Shown piece by piece: positions 34,652-46,238 of a DNA stretch of 64,000 bases. The stretch is from contig CM060731.1 of NCBI GenBank assembly GCA_030704615.1, positions 7,564,001 to 7,628,000 on the forward strand, written 5' to 3'. Position numbers and translations under genes: made by a program. Source of the DNA: Takakia lepidozioides (lineage: Eukaryota > Plantae > Bryophyta). Below the pieces are notes generated by a model, which had not been told where the DNA came from, ran no database searches, and saw nothing but the letters and a program-made list of their open reading frames with translations. Every line of letters begins with the position of its first letter. The stretch's first letter is position 1.

Positions 34652-37648
34652 TTACTGTTTGGGATTAGCAAACCTTTGTGAGCGAGCACCCTTCTGACGT
34701 TGAGAGTCTCGTGAAGGACTCCGTGTGCGAGCCCGTGTCCTGTCACTGGTTGAGGGAGATGATTGAGCACTACCTGGAAATGTCAGTCCTTCCTTTGGCT
34801 GATATCGAGGTAATCTTTCAGGCATAGGAGACCCCCGTCGCTTCTTCTCTGCCATCTGAATTGCATAGTCCTCTGCCATGTCAAAAGAGTCTGCTGAAGA
34901 ACCAGTAGTATCAGAATCCTCGTCCCCTCTGAGGTGTTTTAATGGTCGAACTCTAACTGGAATCCGTTCGGGCATACAATGTGTTCCCACCATGTCTGGA
35001 AGTTTAAACCGTAAAACTTGTTGTAAGCGCTGAATTGCAAAATTGGTGAAGACCTTGAACTCCTTGTCTGTCCAGATGAGTGGTGTACCAATGACTTGTG
35101 AATTGTGCAAGTTTTTCCATGCCTCATGGCCCTTAAAGAAAATATCGTCAGGCCCGAATTTCTGTGTTGACAAATTGTTCCAGGCCGCATGAAACCATGA
35201 AAGAAGTTGGGAATCCTTTTGCATCATCACCTTTGCATCATAGAGGTACATATGAGGTGGCACTGAAGGTAAGACCCAATGATCCCCACTGGAATAACTC
35301 AGAAATCGCGATTGCATTTTCTGCTGCTCAATGTGATAATGTGCCAGAAAACAAGCAGCATAGTATAACCCGCAGCCCATGACAATACTTGCTACCTCCT
35401 TGGTCTTGGTATAAATGAATCCATGTACAACTTGGGGTGCTGCTATCTGTGCATACCGTCTGACAAATCTTCTGTAATAGCTGGTTTGTCCCAGGAATCT
35501 CCTTAGACTCTTAGCATTTACTGGGGGTGGAGAGGCTTTAATGGCCTCTATCTTTCTGGGATCCACAAGAAGTCCCTTCTTGCACACAATGTGTCCCAAC
35601 AACACCCCAGAGTTCACACAGAAAGTACACTTCTCTGGATTCAGGCCCAGACCTCTCATCCTGCATCTGGCCAAAAATAACTCTAATTTATGCAAGTGCT
35701 CACTTTTAGAGCTGTACACACTGAAATCATCCAGAACACCCTGCATGAAGTCATCCAGATACTCCTGAAAGGATTCACTTATCACTCTCTGAAAAGTTGC
35801 TGGTGCATTACAAAGTCCAAAAGGCATGACTTTGTATGCATAAGCACCCCAGTCTGTGATGAAAGCTGTCTTTCCCTGGTCTTCTTCTGCCACTTGCACT
35901 TGATTATATCCACTGAAGCCATCCATGAATGAGTATATCTCATGGCCTGCCACAGTGTCCAATACTGCTTCTGTGAATGGCAAGGGAAATGGATCCTTCT
36001 TCGTGCAAGCATTCAACTTCTTATAGTTCACACAAACTCTTAGTTTACCATTCTTCTTGGGAACTATCACAATGGGTGACAACCAAGTTGTATACTCTAT
36101 TGGGTATATAAACTTAGCCTCAACCAACTTCTTGATCTCTTCTCCAACCTTCTGTGCATAGTTGGGATTCATTATGTACCTTGCCTGCTTGATTGGTACT
36201 GATCCTGGTTCCAGTTCAATCTTCTGCTGACAGATCTCAGGTGGTATCCCTTTTAGATCCTCGTAGCTCCAAGCAAATACATCTCTGTATTTGATGAACA
36301 AACTCTTGGCTTCTTCAAAGAATTCTGGCTCCAAATCTGCTCCTACCTTCACCATCCTCGGTTCCTCTTCAGTTCCCACATTCACTTCCCTCACCTGCTC
36401 ATCAACTGTGATTGTCCAACCAGTCACCACTTCATCCTGTAAACTCACAGTGGCCGGTTCCTCTAGGATTTCCATCTCTCCCTCCTTTTCTTCATAGAAA
36501 TGTGGTGGGTAACTGCTGGTTTCCTCTTCAATTGGTGTTGCCGACACTACACCACAACAGATACCTCTTAAACAACTTAGGCCTTCCAGTCGCATCTCTG
36601 CAACCTGCTCCCACTCTGGGTGTGCAGCGAACAGGGTAGCTTCCTGCTCCTCATCCAGTCCTCCCCTCCAATCATACTCTCTGACCCCTCGAGGTCTTCT
36701 CGTAGCAGGTAATCTATTAGATTTCTTAGTGGTAATTTGTATCTCGTGCATCCCATTATGCACAGTTAGTAACTGAGAATTCCAGTCATGGAATACCCTG
36801 GCCTGTTTCAGCCACGGACGTCCCAATAATAAGGAATAAGCCTCCATGACTTCATCCATCTTCAACACAGTTATTGTGATCATAAAGATCATCTTCTGTA
36901 TCTGTATCTTAACTCCTCTTATCAATCCCAATGGCTGTACACTTCTTTGATCTGCCATTGTTACTGTAAATGGGGCTGGTTTCATGTTACTTAGACCAAA
37001 CTTCTTCCTTAATTGGTCTGTCATGATATTTTCTCCAGAGCCTCCATCTATCAGTACATCAGTTAGTTCTGTGCTTCCAATTCTCAATTGGATTACTGGC
37101 ATAGAATCATCAAAGTCCATGACTGTTTCTCGCCCTTCCGGCTTCACATTATAACTGGTCACCTTGCTGTTCAGGTCTGTGTTTCCTGTCTCCTGGGCAA
37201 TTCGATTGATTGCTTGATACAGCCTGTGTCGACAATAAGGTGCCATAGCCAATAGCTGTCCAATGGTAATCTTTGCTTTGGTCTGGCATATTACTTCAGC
37301 CAAAGTCCCTTCATTACTTTGCATGTCTGCAACTTCTTTCTTCATTTCATCCTCACTCACTTCTTCTTCTCCATCAGAATCAGAGGAATCTGCCACAGAA
37401 ATATCAGTATTCTTCTGCATTTCCCTTATGATATCTGCCACTTCCTTGTGCAGTTCTTTCTCATCTCTCCAAGCCTCATCATCTTCAGGCATATCACTGC
37501 CATCTTCATTATCATTATCTTCCTCAACTACTGGAGGTATTAGTTTGGTTTTGCTTCTTGTTACTATCATTGTACTTACTTCTGGTACAACACATGGCCT
37601 AACCATGTGAGCTGCCACCACTGGGCCCTCATTCACAGGAGCTCTCAT
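34652..37648 (-). CDS. pol: Protease-RT of element C fused in frame to about 260 aa of unknown sequence (998 aa ORF)
   Basis: VLIDGGSGEN protease; KKNGKLRVCV, DGFSGYNQ, MPFGLCNAPATFQR, VLDDFSVYS, FLGQTSYYRRFV; homology stops at YAQIAAP (about 35433). Confidence 0.85.
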   Translation of the reverse strand: MRAPVNEGPVVAAHMVRPCVVPEVSTMIVTRSKTKLIPPVVEEDNDNEDGSDMPEDDEAWRDEKELHKEVADIIREMQKNTDISVADSSDSDGEEEVSEDEMKKEVADMQSNEGTLAEVICQTKAKITIGQLLAMAPYCRHRLYQAINRIAQETGNTDLNSKVTSYNVKPEGRETVMDFDDSMPVIQLRIGSTELTDVLIDGGSGENIMTDQLRKKFGLSNMKPAPFTVTMADQRSVQPLGLIRGVKIQIQKMIFMITITVLKMDEVMEAYSLLLGRPWLKQARVFHDWNSQLLTVHNGMHEIQITTKKSNRLPATRRPRGVREYDWRGGLDEEQEATLFAAHPEWEQVAEMRLEGLSCLRGICCGVVSATPIEEETSSYPPHFYEEKEGEMEILEEPATVSLQDEVVTGWTITVDEQVREVNVGTEEEPRMVKVGADLEPEFFEEAKSLFIKYRDVFAWSYEDLKGIPPEICQQKIELEPGSVPIKQARYIMNPNYAQKVGEEIKKLVEAKFIYPIEYTTWLSPIVIVPKKNGKLRVCVNYKKLNACTKKDPFPLPFTEAVLDTVAGHEIYSFMDGFSGYNQVQVAEEDQGKTAFITDWGAYAYKVMPFGLCNAPATFQRVISESFQEYLDDFMQGVLDDFSVYSSKSEHLHKLELFLARCRMRGLGLNPEKCTFCVNSGVLLGHIVCKKGLLVDPRKIEAIKASPPPVNAKSLRRFLGQTSYYRRFVRRYAQIAAPQVVHGFIYTKTKEVASIVMGCGLYYAACFLAHYHIEQQKMQSRFLSYSSGDHWVLPSVPPHMYLYDAKVMMQKDSQLLSWFHAAWNNLSTQKFGPDDIFFKGHEAWKNLHNSQVIGTPLIWTDKEFKVFTNFAIQRLQQVLRFKLPDMVGTHCMPERIPVRVRPLKHLRGDEDSDTTGSSADSFDMAEDYAIQMAEKKRRGSPMPERLPRYQPKEGLTFPGSAQSSPSTSDRTRARTRSPSRDSQRQKGARSQRFANPKQ

Positions 37649-39612
37649 CTCATTCTGGTGTCTAATCTAGAACGAACAGGCTGCCTTGCGATGTCCTGGC
37701 TGATTACAATAGTAACACAGTTCTTCACCATTGGGTCCTCGCCCTTGGTCTGCTCTTGGATTATTTCTGTAATCCTGATTCCCTGGCTGGTAATTCCCCT
37801 TGGATTACCCTGATAGTTGCCTCTGGAATTTCCTTGGTAATTCCCTCTTGAATTACCTCTCCATTCCATGCCATTGTTATAACCACCAGACCTACCATAG
37901 TGGTCCTGATCACTGTTTCTTCTTGGCTGGGGCTGCACTTGATGCACCCTTACTTGCCTAGGTTCTCTAGCTGCTGTCCTTTTGTTGTAGTAACAATTCT
38001 CAGTAGAATGGTTATCCATTTTACAGATAGTACAGTGTTTCTCCTTCATGTGGCATTCAGTGGTGGTATGGCCTTCATTCTGGTACTTTGCACACCAAAC
38101 ACCCTTCCTCCAATGTGTTGCAGCCTCTGTGGCATACTTCTTCAAGATTTCTTCTAATCTTTTCTCATAGTTATCCCTATTCAACTTCTTCTTTCTCTTA
38201 CTCTTCCTTTTCAGTTCTTGCTCTTCTTCTTCATGTGACTCATCCTCAGAGTCCTCATCATCCCTTTTATCTCTCCTGAGCATTCCCAATTGCTCAATTC
38301 TGTTTGCAGTTTCAAATGCCTCCTCCACTGTATTATGGGGTAACATATCCACTTTCTTTTGCAATTCTGGTCTTAGTCCACTCACAAACCAAGTCTTCTG
38401 TAAACCTGGTGCTGGTACAACAGCCAGTTTTTTCATCATCAATTCCATCTTTTCCATATACTCCTCAACAGTTTCATGCTTCTTTTGCTTTGACTGTTGT
38501 AAACTTCCATACACTTCATCCTCAGTTTTACTTGTCCTGAACCTATTTCGGAATGTTGTATTCAAGCCATTCCAGGTTAGGAAATGATTATCAGGGAATC
38601 TTGCATACCATTCACTTGCTTTCTTGATAAGTGAACAAGGAAACAATCTCATCTTGGCATCATCGCCATTCTCATTGTTCACTATACACATGTGCTCAAA
38701 TTGGCTAATGTGTACATCGGGATCCCCTTTTCCTGAATATATTCGAAAATGTGGTTTTGCCCGTGTTGGTTGTAACGCCATCTGTGGCCCTACCTTCTGC
38801 CCACTAACAGGTGCTGACACCCTTGCTGGTGCTGGTCCTTGAGGACCTGTTGTAGTTGTGATGGATCTTCCACCCAGTGGTGGCCCCTGAGCACTCCCTG
38901 CTACTGGCCCCACGATATTCACAGTATTCCCAACTCCAGTTGCACTACTTCCCACACTCCCTGTCCCCCCAGAGCCAGATCCAGGCAGCCCGCCTGATCC
39001 CCCTGAGCCGACACCTTCGTTGGCCTGTGATCCAAGTGCTCCACTTGATCCAGGTCCAACGGGTTGGGATGTCCTGGTTGTAGTCTCAACCTCAGCTGTT
39101 GGGTCTACTTCTTCACACTCTTCCTCTTCCAATTTCTTCTCTATATTTTCATCCTCCAAGTTCTGCCCTTGGGTTTCTTCTTCACTCATGTAACTCAACT
39201 GCAATGGTGTTGGAGAGTCTGAACTCTCCATTGGTTCTGCCACATCCTCTCTTCCTTCTTCACCCTCCACTTCAGAAGCTGGAGTTCTTGCTTTTGGTGT
39301 TCCATGCCAACTCTTATCAAAGATTTCTGTCGAATCTTTTATCCAGGGATGTACCTCAGATCTTTCACCTCATGATTGATCTTCTTCCCGTATCAATTCC
39401 CTTAATCTTTCTTGCAAAGAAAAAGAATGAGTGGCATCCAACTCTAGTTCTTCCGGTATGGGTGATGTACTCTCTGATCTTAATGGTGTGAGAGGTCCAG
39501 ATGATTCCCCTATGTCTATTCCTCTCTCCCAAAGATATGGATAATTAGCTTTCAGATAGCTTTCTCTTTTTGCTGAATATCTCTGGAGTCTAGCTTCTCT
39601 TTCATCACTCAT
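37645..39612 (-). pseudogene. gag: Gag of element C (frameshifted near 39370 and 37800)
   Basis: YSGKGDPDVHISQF...LFPCSL..KASEWY...TW..L...F; zinc knuckles CTICKMDNHSTENC and, in an alternative frame, CYYCNQPGHRKAAC. Confidence 0.88.
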
Positions 39613-40220
39613 GTCCCATGTCTTTCATTTCTTTTAATGTGGCAATAACCAAAACTCTCTTCTGTAATATCTCTCGTATATGCCTGGGTTTCTCTCAAGC
39701 TTCAATGTTCCTCTAGATATACTAGAAGTCTCCGTTACCATATACCCATATGGTAAACAAGTCTGAAAAGCTGTTCTTGGTGTGAGTTTGATCCACAAGA
39801 TATCCTTTGGAATCCAGTTCTTTACCAGTACAAGTTCCTCATGCATATGAGTATAAACATTCACCTTTCTTTCCACCCAGCCTTCAAACTCTACTCGTTT
39901 AATGGATAGCAATGCTATCACATAAACCAGTGTTGGTAACCAACGTGCTATTCCTCTACAGGCCACTTGATAAATCTTTATCACTCCTTTCTCCAGACCC
40001 CATTCAGGGTCAGCATCATGCACTATTTTAAGAATGTTTTCTTTACAACCGCTGGCAATTCCAAGAACCTCTGAAAGAATCGTTTGGACAATCTTTCCTT
40101 CTCAGTTTCACAGGGAATTTGATTCACATCAAATTCTTTAATTCTCCATCCACCATGATCCCACCAGATGCCTGTCACATCTGGTTGTTCATGACCCAGT
40201 TCCCCAGTATGGTCGCCAAA

Positions 40221-41162
40221 TGTCGAGCGGCTTTTACTCACCCATCCCTTCGCTATCCGAGGTGGGAACTCCAAGATAGAAGAGTTGGAAATCTCTAAGC
40301 ACTCAGCCCGCTCAGAACAATCAGTCATGATCTACAGCTAGTGTATCATGGGGATGTTTCCTATTTGTACTCCTTCCCACATTCATGTTAGCGAGTTACC
40401 TTACTATCTGCAATTAAGCATCAGTTTGCTTCAAAATTCTATCAAGTTCCATCCATTCATTCCACAGTATCACTCAGGTCTCTCTACACAGTGTGAGTAT
40501 GAAGTATGTATCAGATTAATATCTATCAAGTATCAGGCTGAAGCCATGGTGTCTCTAATCTACTCTACATTATAATTCTACAGCTTGCATTCATGAAGTA
40601 ACAACAGATCGTCACTTCTCCTACTGCGTGCTCTTCATCTTTCCATTCAGAGATGTGCTCTCCCCTCTATTTCCCAGCCCTGATGTAAGAAGTCCCCCAC
40701 CAAGAAGTGATCCCCCCCAAAGTGATTTCTCGTCCTCCCGCTCTTCACTTTTTCCACCTACAAGCTGTTCTAACCGCTTTCCTAACTAACCGTCATCCCT
40801 GTAGTACACGTTCCTTTTTCAGATGTCGTTCCCCCACCGTTGTTCCCTGCCAATGATAACTGTTCCCAGCTGTGCCGAGCTGTGACTGGCTGTATCAGGC
40901 TGTGGCGGGCTGTGTAGGGCTGTGAGAAGCTGTGTCGGCTGTGTCGGGCTGTGATGGGCTGTGTTGGCTGTGTTGGCTATGACGGGCTGTGACGGCTATG
41001 TCGGCTGTGTCGGGCTGTGATGGACTGTGTCGGGCTGTGTATCTCCCCCCTAAAGGCTGTTGCTGTCACCCCTAAAGCTCCTGTTGGTCTCAGTCTGTGT
41101 AAAAATTAAGGGTACCCCACAGATCCCGTAAAAGCGTCTAAGTCCCAAACAGCCCTGTAACA
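40221..41162 (-). repeat. 5' LTR of C
   Basis: Direct repeat of 33685-34612; followed on the - strand by the PBS. Confidence 0.95.
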
Positions 41163-42629
41163 GTGCCACACAAAGGTTTCATCTACCTTTTGGATCTATG
41201 CAACATGCTCTAACCATCTATGTTTTGTGTTTCTTATTTTCATGCAGAGACTTATCGAATAATCATTTGATAGGAACTTTTGTCCTCAGCACCAAACTTG
41301 CAAAATCCTCAAACACCTCGTATGTGGCCTTGCAAACCCTGTACATTTCGACCTGAATGACTTGGGGTAATTTGCGGGAGAAGAGAGATTAGAGTGGTGT
41401 CCTTGAGGATACTGAGGTCTTGCTCCTTTATGGTTGTGGCAGTATCTTCCCACCTAAGATTGGCATATTTGTTCAGGTTTGAAGGCAATCCAGGCTTGTG
41501 CATTGAGACACCCTCAAATCCATGTAGTCAAACTGGTATGTTGATTGCTTGCTAAGATATTCTTCTCTTTTGAATGCCGCACCAGAATAACGTTTTCACT
41601 TGTAATTCATTAATGTCTTTTTTTGCTATCCCATCTAGGATGCTTATTCATCTTGCTTTTCTTCCAACATCTGCAAGCCACTTAAGCTCTTACCCAACCC
41701 CCACTTAAGCTCTTACCCCCAGCACAGTGTACCTCATTGCAGCAAGAGAAGCCTTCCATATGACAATAGAACATACTAGCATTGTAGACCTCCATGCTCA
41801 ATGCTGGACTTTGGCCTTGAAATTCTCGGAGATGTGATAAGTCTGAGAAAATTAGGGGGGATGTTGCGTGTGGTCTGAAGTCAATATTGTACAAGCAGTA
41901 TGTGGCTTTGTTGCGATGAAGGGGTCCTGTCCTTCCTGCACGAAGTTGAAGGCAGTCTGTGTACTGAGTCCCTTCAACCATCTTCCACTTGTCAAGTAAC
42001 AGCTTATGCAAACGAGGGAAGGGCTCGCTTTTCATGGAGTAAACATCCTCGTTTACATAGTCATTCAATAGTCACTCGACTGTTTGATATAGGCCATGTC
42101 CATTGCAGGTCATGACTACTGGGGAGCTTAAATTTGCATTGCAAGTGTTATACTAGAACATCATGAACCTATTTTGGCCCTAAAGAGCAGTCTGTCTCTA
42201 AAGGAAAGAGCCAAGAGATAAGAGTTTTTCTAGATCAATGTAGCCAATGACTTCATTTTGCAATCCATGATGCAGGGAAATTGGTAAGTTGCCATTCTAA
42301 CCACTCTTTGCTTTATATTGGTGGTTGAGAAGATAAATTTATAATTGTTTGAAGTGACGTGACATGTGCAATTAAGATGGTCATTTCCCAAGGGCAGTTG
42401 CAAAACAAGCCAGTTGTGAGATCCAGTCTTTGGGTAGCCAAAGAATTACCGACTTACACACAGTAGACAAGCAAGAAAAGATAGCCATAAGGTTTAACAG
42501 TGACATATTGTTGCAACTGCAGGTGGAGCAGAAAAAACGTTCTATAGATTAACGTGATTAATTTTAAAGTCGCACTCTTAGGGTTTAATTCTCCTAAAAA
42601 ACCCACCGATATATACTTTCAGCTGCCCC

Positions 42630-42632
<3 letters not shown>

Positions 42633-42660
<28 letters not shown>
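42633..42660 (+). repeat. (CT)n microsatellite in a putative 5' UTR, downstream of TATATA (about 42610) and a telo-box-like TTAGGGTTT (about 42578)
   Basis: Seen directly, just upstream of the ATG at 42682. Confidence 0.8.
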
Positions 42661-42681
42661 ACACCATAAATACAAACAACC

Positions 42682-43416
42682 ATGTCAACATCAGAAATAG
42701 CCGACGCAATAGACACTGTAACGGACCAAGAAATAACCCACCAAGACATGACAAACGTGATATACGACAGTTTCACGTCAAATGACCACCATGCCCTTAA
42801 GGTGGGGAACACGTGGAAACGCCTGCCCAACAATACAAACTTCCACAGCACCTTGTGGAACGTCCCTTCGGACCGTGAAGAAATAGCAATCTTCGTAGGT
42901 ATTGCAAAATTCTCCTACCTTGGCAAAACCGGGAATTACAGATTCGTGACTTTCGCCGAAGAACTAAAAGACGCAAAATTCACAATATTGATAGAAGACA
43001 GCCATTTCCTGTTCGACTACGCAAATACAATAACGGAATGGTCCGATCATTGGAAGAGGAGAGGCAAGGACATGAGGTGGATGGGTGAAAACAACATGAG
43101 CTTCACGAAAAAGCTCCTAAAAAACAACGCAAACAACTCTGGGTCGACGTTCCGTAACAACAAACGTCACAAAACAAACAACGACGGGATGTACAATACA
43201 ATAGAAGTCCTTAACGAAAATGGCCAAAAAATGGATGGACAATCCGTACGTTCAAGGGATCTCGTTGCAGTCAAGTGTAACATCTGATATTGGATGAATT
43301 TCCGTCACAAGAAACACGGGCTTTCATTCCAATTAAAAGGGGTCAAACTGCTGGCCAAAGCACCGGAAGAGATAGAATCGAATGACGACAATTGGAGCAA
43401 AAGCATAGCTTGGTAG
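42682..43416 (+). pseudogene. Orphan intronless ORF (244 aa if the TGA at 43285 is read as CGA), putative OB-fold ssDNA-binding protein
   Basis: The frame continues past the TGA as YWMNFRHKKHGLSFQLKGVKLLAKAPEEIESNDDNWSKSIAW; the C-terminal pattern resembles viral SSBs. Confidence 0.5.
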
Positions 43417-44218
43417 ATCTTAAATTAGACACTTCTAAACGTTCCGTGTAAGGGCCACCATATTTTATAAAGACCGTCCTCCTTGATCTCCTCTTCAAAA
43501 AGTCTACATTTTATGCAAGCTCACAACGGATAATAAAAAAAAATAACTGATTTATCATATTCCAAATCTACTTGTTGTACCAAAACGACCCATGGAAATC
43601 CCCTCCAACTCCTCTTCCCCCCCCCAATTCGGAACTGCGTGACCGACATTTAAGCACACTGCATGATCCGTATTCTCTCTCATGATCCTCGAGTTTGGCC
43701 ATCCGTCCGGACGTCCTTCTCAGAAGTCGTCGCTAGTAGTGCGGAGCAATGCGAAGCCCTAGTTATAAATAAATAAAAAACCAAGTTGTATACAAAAGTT
43801 TTGTCACATCATGCTGTGAGATTTGTTGGTTAGACCGCTTATCCCAAAGATACTAATGACGAGGTGTTGGGTTCAAATATTTTTAGCACACCTAAACTAT
43901 TGTTTTAGGTCTTATATGGTTAGGGTTGTTAGGGTTGAAACTCTCTTTCATTCTCTTCTTCGTTTATGACTTCTACGGCGCGCGACGCACTTAGAGTCAG
44001 CTCGAACACCTTCAACCTCTGCCGCTTTGGTCTGCTGCAACGACAGCGATGTGTCTCCCTTCCTCTGCCACATTCATAACTACTCCCCATCAAAGAAGAA
44101 CACAATAAGAGCACGACTCCACAGTATAAAGGTGCACTTCTCTTTCTCTTCACTTGCTTTCTTCTTGTTCTCCCTCTTCTTTCATTCTCAGCTACCTGGT
44201 CTCTTTAAGTTTGAAGCT

Positions 44219-45609
44219 ATGGCAGGTTCAGTGAAGCGAGAACGCCCTCTGCTGTGTGTAGACGACCTAGATCTTACAGTCCGAGATGCAACTTTTGAGG
44301 GTCTTATACTGAGTAGGTATGGCAATGTGAACAAGCCCTCTATTCAGGAGTCTCCCAGCACATGGTCCTATTTGCATTGTGATCCACATATAGGCTTGGT
44401 TTCACAACGGTCAGTGTTACTGTGTCCAGGTCATTGGTCCAAACACACTCAGAGAAGTTCTGCAAAGGCGCTTATGTGCGCTTGGAGAATTTCTCCGTAT
44501 ATCCTAAGCTTAAGTTCGAGAGAGGTGATTTGGTGTACTGTTTGAAGATTACCTCCGCCACCCTTGTGCAGGTCATAGCACCATTTCAGAGCCCTCCAGT
44601 ACTCAAACTTCTTTTGCAAAGACACCATCAGTGCTTTCTCAAAAAGATTCCATGAGAAGTTTGCTACCGTCACTATTGATGTGGTGGTTATAGGAGTACG
44701 TGGTCAGGTGGAACAGCGTTTCGAGCTGACAGTGGCGGATGGACCTTCTCAGCTGGATGTTCAGATTGTAAGTCTCTTACCATTTGTTTGCTTTTGGTTT
44801 TTTCTTTGTTATGTTATTTTAAACTTATTATGGAGTAGTAATGGTATTGTTTGAGTGTATGCAGGTCAGTTTTCTGCCAGCGTTCCATGCAGAATATGAG
44901 CGGTTAGTCCAGCAGTTTCGTAGAGGAGGTGCTACATATGCACTTTTCAAAAACATTGGGGCAACTCAGAGCGGTGACGTGCGGCTGGTCACACTCCCTT
45001 GTACCATTTTCGCTCCTGTTTTGGATGATGACACATGTGCCGCTTTGCAACGAGTGCATAATGCCCACACAGCCCATGGAGGACATGGCATAGCTACCCA
45101 GATAATGATATCTTTTTATTTTCAAGGTTTCTCCTCTTTGTATTTGTTTGCAATTGCATTCTCTTCTCATCTCTAACACCTTTGCTGGTTTTCTATTTTT
45201 CAGGTTACAGGGATTTTTTACATCACCTCGCCTTCCACTCCACCCTTCAAACGAGTGTGTGCCACATGTGGTCTCGAGGACATAGCACGTCAGGATGACG
45301 ACTTGTTCTTTTGTAATGCTTGCAAAATAGCAAGTCACTGTGCCCTTCATGTTTGCATAGCTGGTAGCATTCAGGGTGTGGATGGGATTGTGTAGGTGTA
45401 TGTCAATTCAGATTGGGTGGAGGCCATAGTGGGCATGACCGAGGAAGATCTGAAAAATGCTCATAGAACATACATGCTTTCCATCATCAAGGCGTTCTCT
45501 AGCGTGCGTCATGTGGGACGGTTTTCTTTGAACCCTGTGGGGGATTTGGTTGGATTTGAAGAACATGCAGCTTAGTTCTTTTGCTGCATTCAAGAGCATG
45601 CTAGACTAG
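44219..45609 (+). pseudogene. RPA70-like multi-OB-fold protein gene (3 exons, frameshifted)
   Basis: OB1 (KFCKGAYVRLENFSV...CLKITSATLV); OB2 (IDVVVIGV...FELTVADG | VSFL...YALFKNIG); zinc-ribbon OB (RVCATCG...FFCNAC); intron 44768-44864 with GT-AG ends. Confidence 0.7.
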
Positions 45610-46238
45610 AGGGCTGCTTTCAGGTGTATCAGGCTTTACAATAGTTTAGTGTATGCTCGGATTTCCTCGGATTAACTTGGACTTCCTACATCTATAGGCT
45701 ATTTGGTTTCATGGTGCTGCTTCATATGTGAAGCATTTTTCCTGAGCATCTCTACTTAGTCAAAGTAGTTCTTACCATGACAATATAGCCCACACAACAT
45801 AATTGGATTTTAGTAATCCATTTTTGTGAGTTGTGTATGGTTTATGGTTGCAATATATGAGTATTTTGACAATATTGTGCCATTCTTGTGTGTTCTTTCA
45901 GTTTTACAGACTCAACCTTTTAATTTACAGCTACATTTTCAGCCAGTCCCTCAGTTAATCAGCCAGTCTCTCACTTAATTTTTCAATTCAGATTTATCTA
46001 CTACAATATTTATGAAATTTAATTCATCCAAACATATAATTTACTATTACTATTGTTCAACAACTCTTTATTCAACGTTTCATTGCCTTGTACATTGCTT
46101 GTTTGTGTTCTTATATGATTTTCAAAATCTATCTAATCTGGCCAACCTCCATTAATATTATTTTCTGTTATAATACAACTTGACCTTAATTCAGTTTTTT
46201 TACAACCTTATTTTTATATCTAATTTACTCTCTTAATA

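Larger units (their letters stand above)
33685..41162 (-). mobile_element. Non-chromoviral Ty3/Gypsy (Athila/Tat/Phygy/Selgy-type) family C, lacking RNase H and integrase
   Basis: LTRs 33685-34612 and 40221-41162; perfect TSD GTGCC; PBS TGGCGACCATACTGGGGA (40201-40218, tRNA-Arg-like); PPT GAGAGGGGGAGGGG next to the 3' LTR. Confidence 0.95.
33104..41535 (+). pseudogene. Remnant exons of an LRR receptor-like kinase/protein gene (exons ..33137, 33331-33402, 41248-41319, 41477-41535)
   Basis: EIGNLFALQTL followed by GTAAGT; 72-nt AG/GT-bounded exon DLHSNNFSGSIPTTLENITNLNL; 72-nt exon DLSNNHLIGT...; exon FEGNPGLC (LRR C-cap). Element C sits in the intron between them. No kinase exon found. Confidence 0.78.

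Noticed and set aside
43810-43890. tRNA/SINE-like sequence (TGGTTAG...GGTTCAAAT)
   Set aside because: A/B-box-like words are present but the stems are too degenerate to call a tRNA or SINE.
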